Source: Isurus oxyrinchus
Lineage: Eukaryota
DNA: 64,000 nt
Direction: 5' to 3'
NCBI GenBank assembly: GCA_026770705.1
Contig: JANJGN010000052.1
Location: 124,001 to 188,000, forward strand
The translations under genes were made by a program, and so were the position numbers. Positions 63,101 through 64,000 of the stretch are shown piece after piece. Every line of letters starts with the position of its first letter. The first letter of the stretch is position 1. The notes under the pieces are model-generated. The model was not told the DNA's origin, did no database searches, and worked only from the letters and a program-made list of their open reading frames with translations.

Positions 63101-64000
63101 ACCCAGGATTACCGGTATCTCCGGGACATAAAACGTTTCTCAGACTGCTGTTCCCGTCACATTCTGAAATCCACACTCAGTGCCATGCGCCGCCATATGA
63201 ACACACTCGACCTTTCCCTCCAGCAGCACCGCCGTACCCTTTTTCAAAGCTGCGCGTGCCCCCAGTTTCATTTTATCCTTCGGCTCATCCGACGCCTCAA
63301 CAAGAAACTTTTTCTCTTTCTCTCAACTGCTAAGGAACGCAAGCTCCAACAACTCATCAACACCAACACCCATCTAGGACCCTCCACCCCAGCCTGTCCC
63401 TCCGTCCCCACCCCATCTTCCAATCCCAGCCCCAGCCGTGTATTCACTATACCCCCTGACCTTCCCCTCTCCGATGCTGAACGTTCAGTGCTCAGCAAAG
63501 GACTTAGTTTCATACCCTTACGCCCTCACCTCAATGAATTTCGGGCTCGGCATGATGCTGAACTCTTCTTTCGCCGTCTTCGTCTCCGGGCTCACTTCTT
63601 TGGGCAGGAGTCCTCTCCCAGTTCAACAGATCCTTTTACCCATCTCCAATATTCTCCCTCCACCTGGACCCCTCCCTCTGGATTCTTACCTTCTCTTGAT
63701 CTTTTCATTGAGAACTGTCGGCGCGACATTAGTCGTCTCAATTTCTCTGCTCCTCTCACCCATTCTAACCTGTCTCTCTCTGAACTTACTGCACTCCATT
63801 CTCTCAGGTCCAACCCTGACATTGTCATCAAACCCGCTGACAAGGGTGGTGCTGTTGTTGTCTGGCGCACTGACCTCTACCTCGCGGAGGCTGAGCGTCA
63901 ACTCGCAGACACTTCCTCCTACCTCTCCCTGGACCATGACCCCACCACTGAACATCAAGCCATTGTTTCCAGGACTGTCACTGACCTCATCTCCTCTGGG
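60190..64000 (+). mobile_element. Composite young Penelope-like element: inverted 3' end, partial tandem pLTRs and a new ORF from ATG 62876
   Basis: GIY-YIG peptide NLVYCIRCSQCGLLYIGETKR (61538-62305 on +, 60720-61049 on -). The ORF from 62876 reads open to the window end with LSKGLSF and VIKPADKGGAVVV. Confidence 0.92.

Overview
Repeat-rich vertebrate genomic DNA, most likely from an elasmobranch (inferred from the SINE/CR1/L2/Penelope repeat content; not verified). It holds a tandem cluster of Siglec/MAG-like Ig-superfamily receptor genes, reconstructed by hand from splice sites and intron phases. From left to right: a minus-strand paralogue promoter at the left edge; remnant debris at 2.7-14.4 kb (orphan Ig, TM and Tyr-motif tail exons); gene A (17.3-22.7 kb), a pseudogene with an Arg-containing TM and short tail (activating type); gene B (25.4-43.0 kb), apparently intact at ~601 aa, L-V-V-C2-C2-TM-tail ending in TEYAQI (inhibitory/ITSM type); and gene C (48.3 kb to beyond the window), L-V-V-C2-(Ig)x3-4. 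The most interesting system is a paired activating/inhibitory Siglec-like family with tandem V-set domains. The second V carries an extra Cys, and in gene B it has lost the essential Arg. The family also shows mosaic exon exchange, a stalk extended by exon duplication, and a third ITAM-spaced tail module. The long ORFs at 5-8.6 kb and 13.3-14.2 kb are minisatellite artefacts. Introns contain Gypsy, CR1, L2, RTE and Penelope remnants, some with hammerhead cores.
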